Source: an uncultured Chlamydiae bacterium
GTDB taxonomy: Bacteria > Chlamydiota > Chlamydiia > Chlamydiales > SM23-39
Assembly (NCBI GenBank): GCA_963730605.1
Contig: CAVSSM010000001.1
Location: forward strand, 673,987-737,986
Direction of reading: 5' to 3'
Length of the DNA: 64,000 nt
Shown: positions 63,209 through 64,000 of the stretch, in pieces
Layout: each line of letters opens with the position of its first letter
Numbering within the stretch: the stretch's first letter is position 1
Notes under the pieces: model-generated
Database searches by the model: none
What the model saw: only the letters and a program-made list of their open reading frames with translations
Told to the model about the DNA's origin: nothing
Translations under genes and position numbers: made by a program

Positions 63209-63417
63209 GAAAAAAATAAACCATAGACACACAAATGCACCACAAGGGAGAGAGGTAGCACAGAGGATGAACTGCTTTTTTGCCCTCGCAAAAAAGCAAA
63301 TTTTTTCCTCTGTGCTGCCTCTTCTTTCTCCGTGTCTCTGTGGTGCATGTTGGCCTCTCACTAAAAGGAATAGCCCCGTTGCGGAAATTTCTTTTTTGAT
63401 ATACCTTCGATCCCTTA

Positions 63418-64000
63418 TGGTTAAACGCTTTTTTGATGTACTATTCAGTCTCGCCATACTGGTTTTAGCCGCTCCCTTCTTTCTCGTATGCGCCGCTGCG
63501 GTGAAGCTCTCATCCCCCGGCCCCATTTTCTACGCCCACTCGCGCGTCGGCAAAGATGGAAAGCCGTTCGGGTCGCCTGAAATTCAGAACGATGCACTCC
63601 GACGCCGACCTGAAATTACAGACCCTCCTTGCCAGCAACCCCATCCTCATGCAGGAATGGAAAACCTACTACAAGTTAAAGGCAGACCCCCGCATTACAT
63701 CGGTCGGAAAATGGCTGCGCAAGACCTCGCTCGACGAGGCTCCCCAAATCATCAACGTCCTTCTTGGAGACATGAGCTTCTGTCGGCCCCCGCCCCTTGA
63801 CGCGGGACGAGGTCGTCCACTATCTGAAAGAAAAAGCCCCGAAAATCCTCTCGGTCCGGCCTGGACTGACCAGCCTCTGGATCGTCAAAGGGAGAAAACT
63901 GCTTCACGTTGAATGAGCGCATTCAACTCGAAGAATTTTATGTCGACCACAGATCCTTTTGGCTCGATATCCGTGTGATCTTGCAAACAGCGATCCGAAT
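63418..64000 (+). pseudogene. sugar transferase, frameshifted mirror copy, cut by window edge
   Basis: MVKRFFD start; indels near 63570, 63780 and 63895. Confidence 0.75.

Larger units (their letters stand above)
29166..64000. repeat. giant inverted duplication (arms >=17.4 kb) centred at 46557/46558
   Basis: All genes mirrored (left+right coordinate = 93170 in the outer arms); centre atgtg|cacat with no spacer. Confidence 0.98.

Noticed and set aside
1..64000. tRNA, rRNA, transposase, integrase or defence-system genes
   Set aside because: None recognisable by eye; a tRNAscan/Infernal run would be needed to exclude small RNAs completely.

Overview
Chromosomal DNA from an environmental Chlamydiota bacterium. 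Support: the chlamydial gene orders kdsB-pyrG-ruvX-zwf-opcA-pgl, tsaD-rpmG-lolC/E-lolD and DUF502-holC-small basic proteins-ybeY-CBS/hemolysin, plus the PVC signature protein. Bases 1-29165 are single-copy: maf, DUF3604, glpD/glpK/glpF, rnr, mpg, folD, suhB, galE, ispA, ugd and several AT-rich Inc/effector-like genes. Bases 29166-64000 are one giant spacer-less inverted duplication folded at 46557/46558. It is probably a fold-back or assembly artefact, but the left-arm pyrG-ruvX-zwf segment is a codon-level divergent allele rather than just a noisy copy. The most interesting biology is a set of palindromic repeats that have entered coding sequence. (i) TA-flanked 160-210 bp elements with long imperfect terminal inverted repeats occur at six or more loci: one is a clean 54-codon in-frame insertion in ybeY, and others supply the C-terminus of KdsB, the N-terminus of Mpg and stop codons of neighbouring genes. 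(ii) A ~30 bp GGGG(T/C)CCCC-AAAGACGCATCGTCTTT-GGGG hairpin sits in-frame in suhB (three copies) and lolC/E, and is also nested in a larger element. No rRNA, tRNA, CRISPR array or transposase was seen.
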